Counted from the stretch's first letter, positions 37,598-50,627 are shown. The stretch is DNA of 64,000 bases from Paraspadella gotoi (GCA_051294375.1 CM119265.1:1914280-1978279); one strand, 5' to 3'. The notes: generated by a model from the letters alone, not told the origin. Numbers and translations are program-made.

Positions 37598-39462
37598 ATG
37601 GCGTCTTCGCTTCCCCGTATTTTCACTTCGCTTACCATCCCGCGCCGCTTTCCCGGCGCCCTCGCCGCCATCGCCGAACCAAAACTGATCAGCGGCGCCG
37701 CGTCATCGGCGGCGTCTTTCGTAACTTCAGCGCCGTCGAGACAAGAGGCGTCGTCGGCGGCAGAGGAAGACGCTCCAGAAAGGACGGCGAAGTCTCGCGT
37801 GAGTGGGTAAGTTTTTAATTACGCCGCGAGCTCCTAAAGAATAAAAGACGAAATTCCGATGCAGTGCTTGTCATAATTTTATATTGATAATAATAAACTT
37901 GAGGGGTATTGAAGGCGTGAAGGAAATAGAGAGAAAATCATATATTTCGCGAAGACTAGTGTAGTCGGGCATTGCCTAGGTTCACCCCGCCTATAATTAT
38001 GACACTTTCAGTTGTGACCCGGTGGCTCATTGAGTAAAGCCATCAGCTCACGACCACTAGGTACCGGGAAGCGTGAGGACGGCCGTAAGCCGCCTTGGGG
38101 GCGTGGCAAACCCTAAAGCCTGGTTCCAAGCCCAGGGACCAGTTCCATGGAAGGAGGAGGAGGAGTAAAAAGTAGGAAGAGCAAGGGGAGAATGGGACGG
38201 CAAACTAAATCCTCCTCTCATAAATATTAATAAATAAATAATAATAATAAATATAAATAACAAATCTATGAAAAAATCTATAAATCAAATGATCTATCAA
38301 TCATTATCAGTGGCCTCGCCAATACCAACTTATTTTGAATAATTTTCTTAATTTGCATAATTTTTTTATTTTGATAATTTGGTCAACTTGCATATGATGA
38401 GCGGTATTTATTGTAGAGAGCTCACCTCGATTCAGCTTGATACTGTTTGGGTAAGTTCAGTGGATATTGGTGATCAAATAAAGTTCTTACGAAATCGAGG
38501 TCGGATCATGGGCCAGTCATAGGTTGAGAGCATATTGTGACGGAGTGAGACAGGGTCGGATCTGCTAGGGATCCGCTCGGGAAGATGCCCAATGCCACTC
38601 GAATATCTCTCGGGCCTGGTAAGCCTGCCAACGGCTTTCTCACCTGCCTGTGAGGCGGGTAAATGCCTGTTCTTCCTCTCCCTCCTTTAAAAAACGAACA
38701 TTAGTTGCCGAAGCATACTAACAACTTTTCCTTTTTTATTTCAAAATAAAAAACGCAACGAAAAGAGAGAAAAACAATAAATCCTGGTTCCAATCTCAGG
38801 ACCCGTTCTAATGCCAAAATACGGGATAATAGTCTTAGTCCTACTCCCACTTAGCGCCCTATCCATAACTTTATATTGTGTTTATCCTCTTCCCTAACCC
38901 TTTCTGAGAATTGGCCAATTCCACAATCAAGTGACGCTCTTGGGTCGCGTCGTCCGCAACCCCATCATCGTCTCTAATGGAAGGTTGGCCTTTTTGACCC
39001 TCGTGACGAAGAATTACTACAGTGGTAAGTTGCGATGTTGGCAGGAAAATCGGGTCTGGTTTATGGGGCTGTGTGTGTGTGTGTGTAAAGACGGGATTAT
39101 AGCGACAGCCGTGTGGCATGTGATCCAATCTGTGCGTGAGAGGCTCCCAGTCACACCTTGATCATCTTTCGGGGCTTTCGATTTATAAAGAATCTTTTTC
39201 GCTGATTATTATTTTTTCATTAATACGATTATTATTTATTAATTAATAAGGCGATGGGTCGGAGGTTCAAGAGGAACGTCAGTTCCACAACGTGAAAGTC
39301 TTAAAGGAACATCTACTCAGCTTCGTGGAACGTCGCGTCCGTGTTGGCGACCGCATCTTCGTCCAGGGGAAGCTCGAGTATTTCATGAAGCCGCTCGAGG
39401 ATGGGACGAGGCAGAAGTCGACCAACATCTCCGTCGACGAGATCATTTTGGTCGGGGAATGA
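37598..39462 (+). CDS. SSBP1: Mitochondrial single-stranded DNA-binding protein, 3 exons (37598-37806, 38909-~39024, ~39251-39462)
   Basis: Transit-like N-terminus; NQVTLLGRV..NP, QFHNVKV, VGDRIFVQGKLEY, TNISVDEII (OB fold). Confidence 0.8.
37960..38150 (+). mobile_element. Repeat family C copy 1 (TG start, tRNA-like A-box)
   Basis: TGTAG(T)CGGGCATT..GGTTCACC, GGCTCATTGAGTAAAGCC, TAGGTACC, GGGCGTGG, AAGCCTGGTT shared with 41827-41990; fragment at ~38782-38810; 3' end not defined. Confidence 0.55.
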
Positions 39463-39798
39463 GGAGTGAAGTCGATGTGGTCATGGACATGGAGGAAAGA
39501 ATGAGGGGAAAAAAGGGGGTTTGCGTGATGTAATCGTCCCAGAAAACTGTCGAAAAAGGTTGATTCTCTTTGTTTTCATAAACTGTTGTTTTATTTGTCC
39601 CCAATCTTTTTTTGATTTTGAACGTTCATTTTGTTTTTTTCTTTCTAGACTTGAGCTGTGATATCAAAAGATTTAGTATCTACGAGAAGATTGTGATATT
39701 GAAATATAAAGGAAAAAGAAGGAAAACAAATAGAAATCCGTAGAAGAAAAAAACTGGGAAGATTAAAGGAAGAAAATTGATATCGAAACTCGAAGTCG

Positions 39799-41733
39799 AT
39801 GGCGGGAGGCGACGGCGACGGCGTCGGCAGCGCCATCTTCGAATCCCTCATCGCCGCCATGTCGCCCGACGTGGAGACGCGAACGAACGCGGAGGCGAGG
39901 CTCAAAGCGCTCGAGGTGAGAAAAACCGAAATTAAAAAAAACGAAGGAATTGAATTTTTTTTTTTAATTTTGCCCATCGATTTTCGTCGGCGCAGGTGAC
40001 GGACGATTACGGCGTGCACCTGGCGAGATTCACCTGCGACCCACGAAACGGCGTCGACGTCAGCGTTCGACAGATGTCGTCTGTGCTACTGAGACAGTTG
40101 AGTATATGGTGTCGGATCTCTCTCTCTCTCTCTCTCTCCTTTTTGTCAATACCCTTTCCCCCCCCCCTCACCGCAGATACGTTGAGAGTCATTGGAGCGC
40201 TGAGGCGGACAGGTTCCACGCCCCTGAGACGCCCGCTTCCTCGAAGGCCTCGATCCGCGCCCTGCTTCCTGTCGGCCTCAAACAAGACGCCGCTAAAGTT
40301 CGCGGCGCCGTCGCCGCCGCCATCGCCGCCGTCGCTCATTGGGACTTTCCGGAACAGTGGCCGGATCTGTTCAGTCTTTTGATGGAGGTCGGGGGAAAGA
40401 GGAGAAAGGAATGAATAAATGAATGAATGAATGAATGAATGAATGAAGGAATTTTAATTTTTAAAGAATAAACCCACGGCCTTCAGGCTCTGACCTCCGG
40501 CGACTCTAACGCGGTTCACGGGGCGATGAGAGTTCTCACCGAAGTGTCACGTGATGTCACTGACATGCAGGTTCGTCCTTTCGAGTCTTCCCTACCTTTT
40601 ATCTTTCGTTTATTTCGTTTCATTTATTGAATTTTTTATGGTCAATGTTTTTTCAGTGTAGGAGATCAACTTTTGACTTTTTCATGTTTCTTCGTTTTAG
40701 TAATTTATTGTTGGAGTGGAAATGTTGATTGGATTGCCTAATCACCCTAATGCAAGTTTTTTTTTTATTTATAAACCACTCGCTAATATTAGATCGTTTA
40801 ATTAGCGAGCGGTTTTAGATTATATTAGTTAATGATATTTATTTATTTTCCTTCTTTTTTTTATTCCCCAGGTTCCTCATGTCGCCCCAGTCGTCTTTCC
40901 TGAACTCTATCGGTAAATTGACTTGATACCCTTGGCCTTATCTTAATTTATAAAGCAGAGTAACTTGTGGTTCATTTCAGATTTGATATTGTAGTAGTCA
41001 AGAGTTGACTATTTTAAGCTCACTTTAACTTTTACTTACTTTTATACTTACTTTCTTCCTCTTGTCTCCCCCCCACACTACGCCCCCTCTTCTTTCCTCA
41101 GAATTTTCTCGCAACCTTCCAACTTCTCGGTTCGGACTCGAACCCGGGCCGTCGAGATCTTCTCCACCCTCGCATCCCTCATAGTCAACATCAATCAGCT
41201 GCACAAAGGTTAGTCCTTAACGATTCTTCGTCCTCATCGTTTCTCAAATAATCTTTTTGTTTAATAATTTATTTAGTCGTTTTATTTATTTGTTTGTTTG
41301 TTTAGGCATCGCTAAGCAACTTCTCTACCCTTACGCCTTCCCCCAGTTCATCGAGGCTTTCATCGAGGTGAGTGACATGGAAAGAATCTTAACTGTTAGA
41401 CCTGACATCGACATCGACATCCACCACCTCTCAGGAACTCTCCTCTCCCGGCAACGGCCACCGATCCGATTCTGGGGTCAAGATGGAAGTCCTCAAATGT
41501 CTCTCCTCCTTGACGAGGAATTGCGGGTCTCGAATGGCGCCCTTCATGCCACGCCTCCTCCCCGTCGTCTGGAATCTTTTGACGGCGTCGGCGCGCCGGT
41601 ACGTGGATAGCGTGGTCAACGGCGACGCCGGGGGATTCGCCGACGATCCGACCGACTCGGATTCCGGCGAAGTCTTCAGCTTCGAGAATCTCGTCTTCAA
41701 TCTCTTCGATTTTCTCTCCAGGTTCGATTGGAT

Positions 41734-41766
<33 letters not shown>

Positions 41767-42388
41767 AGAGATGTCGGAGACAATATTCAGTACTTCACCC
41801 TCTAACAGATGAGCGATTAGAAGCTGTGTAGCGGGCATTACTCGGGTTCACCTCCTCCCTAACATAGGGGCTCATTGAGTAAAGCCTTCTGATTATGGCT
41901 CATTAGGTACCAGGCTTAATCCAATCCCCGGGCGTGGACAACCCCCAAGCCTGGTTTCAATCTCAGGAATCGTTTCATTGCTGTCGAGGCGGATGAAAAA
42001 AGTTAATTGTTAAATATTATTTATACTAGTATTACTTGTGATTGCTGCTATTTGCTGTGCTTTCCACTCAAATCTTCCTCAACCCCTTTCCCTTAACTCC
42101 AGCATGATCGACTCGACCAAATTCAAGTCGGCCGTCAAGTCCGCCCTCACCGATCTCATCTACTACATCATAATCTACATGCAGGTGATGAAGTCACTCT
42201 TGATCCCTTTCGATGCAGTCTCACATAATTTTCCATGCAGTCTCGCATGATTCTCGATGCAGTCTCACATCATTCATGCAGTCCACATCCTCGATTTCAG
42301 ATAACCGAAGAGCAAATCGAAAAGTGGGACGAGGATCCTGACAAATTCGTCGAGGACGAGGACGAAGAAACCTTTTCATACTCCATCA

Positions 42389-42423
<35 letters not shown>

Positions 42424-45400
42424 TCAAGAGTCAAGCGTTTCATCTCCTCTTCAGGATTGAGAGATCGAGACAGACAGAGAAAAAGAGAGAGAGAAAGAGA
42501 GAGAGTCGTCAAGAGTCAATGTTGGACTCAAACATTTGCGAAATGTCGGATTTGAAGTAGCTCATCATCAAGTGTTTCATCTCCTCTTCAGGATCTCGGG
42601 TCTCGATCTTCTTCTCAGCCTCGGATCGGAATTCGAGGATGAAGGACTCGCCGAGTCGCTCGTCGCCGCCGTCGACCGACACCTCCAGGTCCTTGTTTTG
42701 TTGTTGTTGTTGTCGTCGGGGAGGAGGAAAAAATGCTAGATTTGTCCTTCATCTTTTCAGGAATCGGAGGCTATGCGTCTCTCGGCGACGACTTCCGGCG
42801 CCAATTCGTTTTGGTGGAAAATTCGAGAGTCAGTCTTTTTGGCTGTGGGGTCGCTCAAGGTTTGGATGGTGAGGGTTTGGGAGTGGAAGGTGGGGGCGTA
42901 GAACTGAGGGGTTGAAATTAGTGGGGGTATGGTAACAGTCGGGTTGCCTGTGATGCCCATTGGATGGAGGATCTCACTGTTGGCTTTGGGGGCTTCCGAC
43001 CCTCAGTCTGGGATGGTGTGTTCCCCCTCTGAGCCAATGGGATTGGCTGAACGATGATGGACGTGACGCGGTGTGAATATACCGCCACAGGGGACTAAAA
43101 TTCAGTCTTGTCTTTTCTTCCTTCATTCTTTTCTTCTTTTCTTCCTTCATTCTTTTCTTCTTTTCTTCCTTCATTCTTTTCTTCTTTTCTTCCTTCATTT
43201 TTTTCTTCTTGTCTTCCTTCATTCTTTTCTTCTTTTCTTCACTCTTTCCTTCCTTCCGTCAATTTATTCTTCAGTCCTTCTTTCCTTTTCTCCTCTTATA
43301 ATCACCTCCCCAAACTAACCAACTTCCACTTCCCCCCCCTTCAGTCAGCCTTGGAAGAAAATCGAAGTTTCGACGTCGGAGATTTCGGCAGTCGCGTCTT
43401 AATGAGCGACGCTTCATCCTCCGCTTCGCCTTATTTATTGGGTAAGGGACTGGTGAAGCGGAATGCCATGCCATGCTATTTCACTTACTCCTTCCCCCTC
43501 CCAAGGCCGGTGCCTTTGGACGGCGTCTCGCTTCTGCTCCTCCCTCGACGACTCTTCCAACAACAAGCTGCTCTCCGCGACGGCTACGGCGCTGCAGCCT
43601 CCGCTCGATCCGCAGCAGCAGCAGCAGCCGGCCTGCGTCCGCCTCTCCGCCGTCCGCGCCCTCTACAGCTTCTGCGAACACTACAAGCTGGTCGAATCGA
43701 CGGCGAAATTGAAGCCGTTCGCCGCGCCGTTTCTGGATGGTCTCGTTGCCTTGGCGATGCAGGTGGTGTTGCCTTCAGAGGCTCGGAGGCGTTAATGATA
43801 ATATTTTATCATTTATTATATTCTAATCCTTTCTTTTGACCTCCAGTATTCGACGGACGTGTTGTGCCTTTGTCTCGAGACTCTGGTCATATTTGTCCCC
43901 GTCGATCGAGACTTTGTCGCCTCAAGAGAATCCGTCGTCTCGCCCTTCGCCATCGCCGTCTTCCTGCGGCACAGGTCAGTGGAGACAAATGATCTCGAGT
44001 GGGTCTCCATCTCTTGAGAGTTTTAATTTGAAGACTTTGTCTAAATTTTCCCATTTTGCAGTTCTGATCCCCTCATCTCTTCCCTCTGTCAAGACCTCTT
44101 CCGCGAGCTTTGTCTCTGTCCGCCTTCTTGTCGTCTCTCCCTCCAACAGCGCCTCATTCCCACTCTCGTCTCCATCCTTTCCTCCTCTTCCTCCTCTCTG
44201 GACACCGACCTTCCTTCCCTCGCCCTCGACCTCCTCACCACTCTCGTCCGCAACACTCCGCCTCCTCTCTCCGACACTCTCATCACGCAGGCTTTTCCCG
44301 CGGCGGCGACGGCGACGCTCCGTTCCGACGACACCGGAATCCTCCAAAGCGGCGGCGAGTGCCTTCGCGCCTTCCTCTCCGTCGGGGGACGTCAACAACT
44401 CGAGTCTTGGCACGACGAGAGCGGGAACAACGGTCTCTCCTACGTCTTTCAGGTTGGTGACTTTTAATCTCATTTGCATATTGCAGCGAGCGAAGTTTCG
44501 TTTTCTATTTCTGTCATAAGATTTAGTTGTGAAGTTTGGTTTTGTAGAGCTCTTTGTTTTTTCGTGGCTTCCTGGCTTCACCTTATTATTCCTTTTATTG
44601 GGTGGGGGGAAAGGTCGGCAAGGGGGGCATTCGTCTGTTAAAGATATCAATGAAGGCAAACAAAATGGCGATATTTATCCTTCCCGTTTTCTCCTCCAAC
44701 CAAGGTGGCCAACAAAGTCCTGGACCCCAAAAGCCCCGAGTTCTCCTCGTCTCAAATCGGCAAGCTCATCTCTACTCTCTTCCAAAAGACGGGCGACGCG
44801 GGAGACCTCGGCGAACACCTCGAACTCGTCCTCAGAGCAGTCCTCTCTAAGATGCAGCAGGCGCAGACCCTCAGCGTCGTGCAGAGCCTCTGCATGGTCT
44901 TCGCCCATCTCTTCAACACCAGGCTGGGTTGGTAGAGAGAGAGAGTGAAATAGAGAGATATATATAAATTTTATTTTTCTCCTTCCTCCAGAGGCGGCTT
45001 TAGAGTTTCTCTCTGCACTTCCTGATCCTTCGGGAAAACCAGCCCTCGATTTCGTGCTCAACGTTTGGCTTTCGCGTCAGCATCTTTTCTTTGGGCGGTG
45101 AGTGTCTGAGTAATTGTCTCTGGAATGCCATTGTCTCTGGAATGGCATTGTCTCTGGAATGGCATTGTCTCTGGAATGGCGTTGTCTCTGGAATGGCGTT
45201 GTCTCTGGAATGGCGTTTTCTTGGGGTGGGGTTGTCTTTGCTTTGGTGTGGTATTGTCTTTGAAGTGGCTTTGTCTTTAGAGTTTGGTCAATGTGATCAC
45301 TCCCTCTCTCTCCCTCTCCCTCCAGATACGAGACGAAAGTGTCGATCCTCGCTTTGGCCAAACTCTTCCTTCACACAATCGAGACTAACGACTCCAGGAT

Positions 45401-46183
45401 TCACGCCATTCAAGTGAGATTAACAACAACAACAGTAAAATACAATTTTGAGGCATTGAGATTGGCATCTAGATTCAGATACTCAAAAAGATGTCCTCAG
45501 CAAATTCGTTGTTTCGGTCGACCACGTCAATCAATCTCTCGATCTGTCCGTGTGATCAACCTTTCCATCACGTGCGACCACTATGTCCCCTCCCCCTCCC
45601 GAAACAGGTCCAAGGCGACCAGATCCTCCCCGACGTCGACGCCGCCATCCAAACTCGTTCCAAGTCCCGCGCGGCGCCTCCTCCTCGCTTCGCCTCCATC
45701 CCCGCCGCCGTCAAGATCTACAAACTCCTCGTGGGCGAGATCGGCCACGCCCTCGAAGACCGGGAGGTGGCGGGCGGGGAGGAAGGGGAGGACGAGTGGG
45801 AGGACGAGGACGAAGAGGAGGAAGGCGGAGGAACGGCCATTTCCGATCTTCTGGCCAGCGGAGATTCGGGTGAGTTCAGCGGGGGGGGGATGAGTGAGGT
45901 AAGGATCTTCATCTTTTTCAACCCCCCTTTTCCCCCCTCGGCCTTTTAAGGCATCAACGATCGCTTGGCCTCGGACTTTCGCGACTTTTGCGACGAAGCC
46001 GACGACGATGAAGAGGAAGACGACCCCGACGTCCGCGCGGACCCCGTCCATTCGATGGACGTGACGCGTCACTTGTCAGACCTCTGCCGTCAACTCGCCG
46101 CCCACTCGTTCCACGCCGAGCTGACGAGCCACTTGACGCCGGCCGAGCTCAAGACTCTCGAGAAGCTGGGCATTCCGGCGTGA
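39799..46183 (+). CDS. IPO9: Importin-9, multi-exon
   Basis: [87 protein letters not shown]. Confidence 0.93.
41827..41990 (+). mobile_element. Repeat family C copy 2
   Basis: Aligns in blocks with 37960-38150; in an IPO9 intron. Confidence 0.55.
42928..43089 (-). mobile_element. Solo-LTR-like family A copy with internal deletion
   Basis: Both termini present (end ACCATA); GGGG direct repeat at 42924-42927 and 43090-43093; ~90 bp central deletion versus 1538-1792. Confidence 0.8.
43110..43240. repeat. 24-bp pyrimidine-rich tandem repeat x ~5
   Basis: TCTTTTCTTCCTTCATTCTTTTCT units. Confidence 0.8.
45112..45216. repeat. 17-bp tandem repeat x6
   Basis: RTTGTCTCTGGAATGGC units in an IPO9 intron. 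Confidence 0.9.
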
Positions 46184-46916
46184 TGCTTCCCACTTTTTTG
46201 TTTGTTTATTTTAGCTGTAGAGAGTCTACGGCACGATGGAGCCTTTCTTCGTCGTAGTTGTTACTTCTTTCCAAAGTTGGAATCTGATGGGAATTAAAAA
46301 TACACTGTGCTGTATTGAAGGGAAGCATCCTGTCTCTTCTTTTCGTTCGTTTTTTCTTGAAGGACTGAAGAAGGAATTCGTTGTGTTTACAACGAAGAGA
46401 TGATTATTAGATTTGACAATTTCTCGTGAATAATTTTCAAGCGAACAACGAGTTATAGAAAAATATTATATTTAACTGACGTTTACATAGTAGTTCAAAG
46501 TGAAACCGAGAAAAGCGGAAATGAAAAAAGCGTCGGTTTACTGCTTGTTATGATTAATATTGTTATCATGACTCAAAATAGGAATTGATGCCCATTCGAT
46601 TAAGTATTTCTCAATCTATTAATTTGGATTTTTTAAAAGAAAAAACAAAAGATTCACAAACTGACGTGCAAATTTAATCGGATGGCAAATTAGTTTTTCT
46701 CTTTGGGCCGAGAGGGGAAAGTCATTTGCTTACTTTGAGGCTTCATATTATTGAGGATTAGATTTTTTTCAAATACGAACTTTTTGATCTTATTGGTAAT
46801 TGATTTTTCTGTTGACTTTCCCGCAATTTCCAGAATGATCGCCTAAATCTGAACAGCGCGGACTGTTTTTTAACTTCGTTTTTCGGTCCGCTCTTCCTCC
46901 TCCTCCTTTCGTCGGA

Positions 46917-49900
46917 ATGTCCTCCATGATTTCGGCGGGATGGAGCGGCCTTGGCGAGACCTTCTACCGCAATTTCGAACTCTACTCGATGGAATGGGAT
47001 CCCAACTTCGTGGACTTGTCCCGATGCCAAGTCGCCGCGGCGCCTTACGGCGGCCCGATCGCCCTGGTCTCGCGCCCGGTGGCGCCGGCTAAGCCCATCA
47101 TCGACGTCTACAACTGTTCTGGTCGACCGCTGAGTTCCATCAAGTGGAATAGCGGGAAGTTGGTCGGAGTCGCTTGGTCGGCGTCCGAGGATCTCGTCTG
47201 CGTACAGGAGGACGGAACCGTCCTCATCTACGACATCTTCGGAGACTTCAAACGGACCGTCAGCATGGGACACGAGGCCAAGGAGATGAGGGTTATTGAT
47301 TGCAAAACCTTCGTCACCGAGCAGGTAAAGACTGATGAGTGAACTGGCTAAAGGGCGCCCGTCTACGAAATCCGCTATATACACTTTTAAAATGTTATAC
47401 AACAAGCCGGGTGAATAAACGAGAGTGAGAGTCTTGATTGAAAACTTGCAGGTTCCTGCTATGTTATTATCTTGTGAGTGTGAGGCCTTAACACACCGCC
47501 TCCATCGTTAAGCCAACCCCATTGGCTCAGAGGGGGAACACACCATCCCAAGCGTTGCGTTCCATCCTAACGACTTCCCTCTGCGTTGGCAAAGCGAGAC
47601 CGTCCTCGGGTAACCGCGCCAGTGACAGGAGGCGTCACTGAGGGTCGGAAGCCCCCAAAGCCAACAGTGAGATGCCCCATCCCAATGGGCATCACAGGCA
47701 ACCCGGCTGTTGCCATAACACCTCATTTAATAAATGAATGGATAATTCTTATATTGGGTCTAACATTTTTCTGTATAACTAATTCGGTTATTTCATTGTT
47801 TCTTTATTAATCCGACTTTCGATGACCGGATTATATAAAGCATTGAAGAGACAGAAATAGCGGTTATGAGTTAGTGACAACAGAACCATTAGCCACCTTT
47901 ATCCTGATAAAGTTCCATCCTTCGAAAAGATCCGGAATAAAACTATCTTCCTCCTCCTCCTCCCTCAGGGTACCGGCGTGGCGGTCATGACGACCGCCTT
48001 CCGCATCTTCGTCGTCAACCACATCGAGAGCAGCGACCCGCGCATCCGTCGCCTGGCGGAAATCCCCGGCCTCGCGTCGCCGCCAAACGCCTGGACGGTC
48101 TTCTACTCTGACCGTCAAACCAAAGCCCTGGTTGCCCACGATAAAGGCCTCTTCCAGGCGGACGCTTCCGGCCAACATCGACGCCTGACGCCGCCCGTCG
48201 GCGACCGCTACGACGCCGCCTCGTGGCGCGTTCGGTTCATCGCCGTCAGCTTCAACCAAAAATATCTGGCGCTTCTCTCGGATTCCGGCGTCGTTTGGGT
48301 CGGCGAACTCGATCTCGCCAAGACTCACGCCGTTCAAACGCTCAGCGGCGTTGCCGGCGCTACGAGGATGGAATTTTGCGGGGCGGGCGCCGTGGTCGTC
48401 GCTACTGAAGAGTCGCTTCGCGTCGTCGGCAAAGCGGACGAGTTTCGCATCTTTTGCGACGAAGGACCCGTCGCTCTCGTCCCGGAATTAGACGGACTTC
48501 GACTCATCTCCGTCGCGCGCCACGAGCTGTTGCAACGCGTGCCCCGACCCGTCGAGGACGTCTTCATGATCGGCTCCATGCGCGCGGGCAGCATGCTTTA
48601 CGAAGCCTACAAGGAATACGAGAAGAAGAGCAAGCGGGCGGACGAGTACATTCGGGTGATCCTAGAGCAAGGCTCCATGCCTGACGCCGTCGATCAATGC
48701 GTCATGGCCGCCGCGGAAGAGTTCGAGTCCAAACTGCAGAAGGAGCTGCTAAGGGCGGCCTCCTTTGGGAAGTGCTTCGAGACCGCCGTCGATTCCAACA
48801 AGTTCGTCGACGTCTGCCGCAGCTCGCGCATCCTCCACAACGTCCGCCACGACAATCACGTCGCCATCCCGCTCACCTTCTCTCAGCTCAAACAGCTGAC
48901 CGTGCCCGTTCTGGTGGACAGGCTGGTCCTCCGCCGCCAGTACGGCCTCGCCCTCAAAATTTGTCAATACCTCAAGATGTCCGAGGCGGAGGGAGCCGCG
49001 CGCATCCTCGCCCACTGGGCTCGATTCAAAGTGCTGCAGCAGCATCTTCCCGACGATCGCATCGCCCGCGCCATCGTCGACAAGGTCAAGGATACGGCGG
49101 GCATCTCCTACGCGGATATCGCCGAAGAAGCCTACGAACGAGGCCGACCCGAGCTGGCCATAGCCCTGCTGGATCACGAGCCAAAGGCCAGCAGGCAGGG
49201 ACGCCTGTTGCTCAAGATGAAGGAAGAGAAATTGGCGCTGAAGAAGGCGATCGAATCGGGCGACACGGATTTCATCTACTTGGTTCTCCTCCACATGAGG
49301 TCCTCGCCCGATTCATCCCCTGGACAGTTCTTCATGATTCTTCAGAACAAAGAATTCGAGCCCGCCCTCCATCTCTTCGTACAGTACTGCAAGGAGAGGC
49401 CGGAACGGGCGCAGGATCTCCAGTATCTCTACGAGCAAGAGTTGAATCCCAACGCGATGGCCGAGTGGCATCTGGAGGAAGCCCTTAAGTCGGGAGATCT
49501 CAACGCGAGGCTTTCCCAGTTGAGGGCCGCTTCGGAGAAGTTCAAGCTGCAGAACGAACAACATTCCAGGTGGGTTGACCAGGAAAAAAAAAGGATATTA
49601 AAGAAAGAGAATATGGGAAAAAGATCATGAAAAATGGATGAAAAATTCGGTCTTCTAGGAAGAAAAGGTGTAAGAGAAAAGGTCTAAGAGAAGAGGTCCG
49701 GAAAAAAACCCCAAATTTCTTAATTAAAAAAATTAATTTGTGTTGTATATTTTTCCTTTTTCCTTTTTCACTCCAGATTCACCGACGATCAAATCAAACT
49801 GTTGCGATTCCAAAAGAAACTTGAAGACGAGTTGGAGAAACCTTTCCTCGATCTCAGTCTCCAGGAGACGATGTTCTCTCTCACATCCATCGGCCAACAC

Positions 49901-50299
49901 AAACACGTGGAGCAGTTGAGGAAAGACTTCAAGGTGGGCGACCGTCGATTATGCTGGATGAAGGTCACCGCCCTCTCCGAAGCGGGCGACTGGACAGAAC
50001 TCGAGCGATTCTCCAATTCCAAACTCGCCTCCAAATTTGGCGGAGAGCACTTTGTCGACGTCTGCCTCCAGCACGACAATAAGTTCGAGGCCAAGAAATA
50101 CTTGCAAAAAGTCAGCAAGCCCAATAAGGTCAAATACTGCCTCAAGGCCGGCCAACTGGAGATGGCCGCCGACTTTGCGGCCGCCGCCAAGAGCCCCGAC
50201 GATCTCTTGTCGGTCTTGCAGCGCTGCGGACCCATGGACTCTGTGCTGGCCGACAAAATTCGTCTCTTGCGTGGGCAGTTGTTGGAGAGAAGCAAATGA
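46917..50299 (+). CDS. VPS16: Vacuolar protein sorting 16 (HOPS/CORVET), 3 exons (~46917-47323, ~47969-49569, ~49777-50299)
   Basis: AAAPYGGPIAL, LLRAASFGK, ILAHWA, GISYADIA, ALKKAIESGDTD, WTELERFS. Confidence 0.95.
47495..47717 (+). mobile_element. Solo-LTR-like family A copy lacking the first 5' bases, inserted in a family B repeat
   Basis: High identity to reverse complement of 1538-1792; ACAC at 47491-47494 and 47718-47721. Confidence 0.75.
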
Positions 50300-50627
50300 G
50301 AATTTCTTTTTATTTCTAGTCAAGAGTTTCGCGTTATGGTTTCTTTACCTTGTTGTTTTCATGTCCCGCAGCGCCCGGAATTTCCCTAAATGGGTCAGAA
50401 TATCGTATGAATTTTGTTATTAGTTTGCATATTTTACTGTAGCTCACGAAAAAATTCTTTTTCAGCCAAAAAAAGTTATAAAACACGATGCCTTAAAATC
50501 GCACCGACTGCAATATTTTTTTAATTCTTTGGTTTTGAGCCAAAATGTAAAAAGACGACCCTCGACGCTTTTTCTCAATATTTTTCCCCTGAAAGAGAAA
50601 GAGAAAGAGAGAGAGAGAGAGAAAAAA

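Noticed and set aside
38115-38160. Twister-ribozyme-like CCTGG-TTCCAAGC-CCAGG hairpin
   Set aside because: No matching P2 or UAA cleavage loop, and the other copies lose AAGC; fits a tRNA T-arm-like motif better
38535-38690. GC-rich segment starting TGTGAC, possible LTR or HDV-like ribozyme
   Set aside because: No matching 3' terminus or TSD, and no HDV nested pseudoknot with a catalytic C
47330-47390. Hammerhead-like CTGATGAG...CGAAA at the start of VPS16 intron 1
   Set aside because: Stem II is mismatched and I cannot build stems I and III around a UH site; at best a decayed remnant
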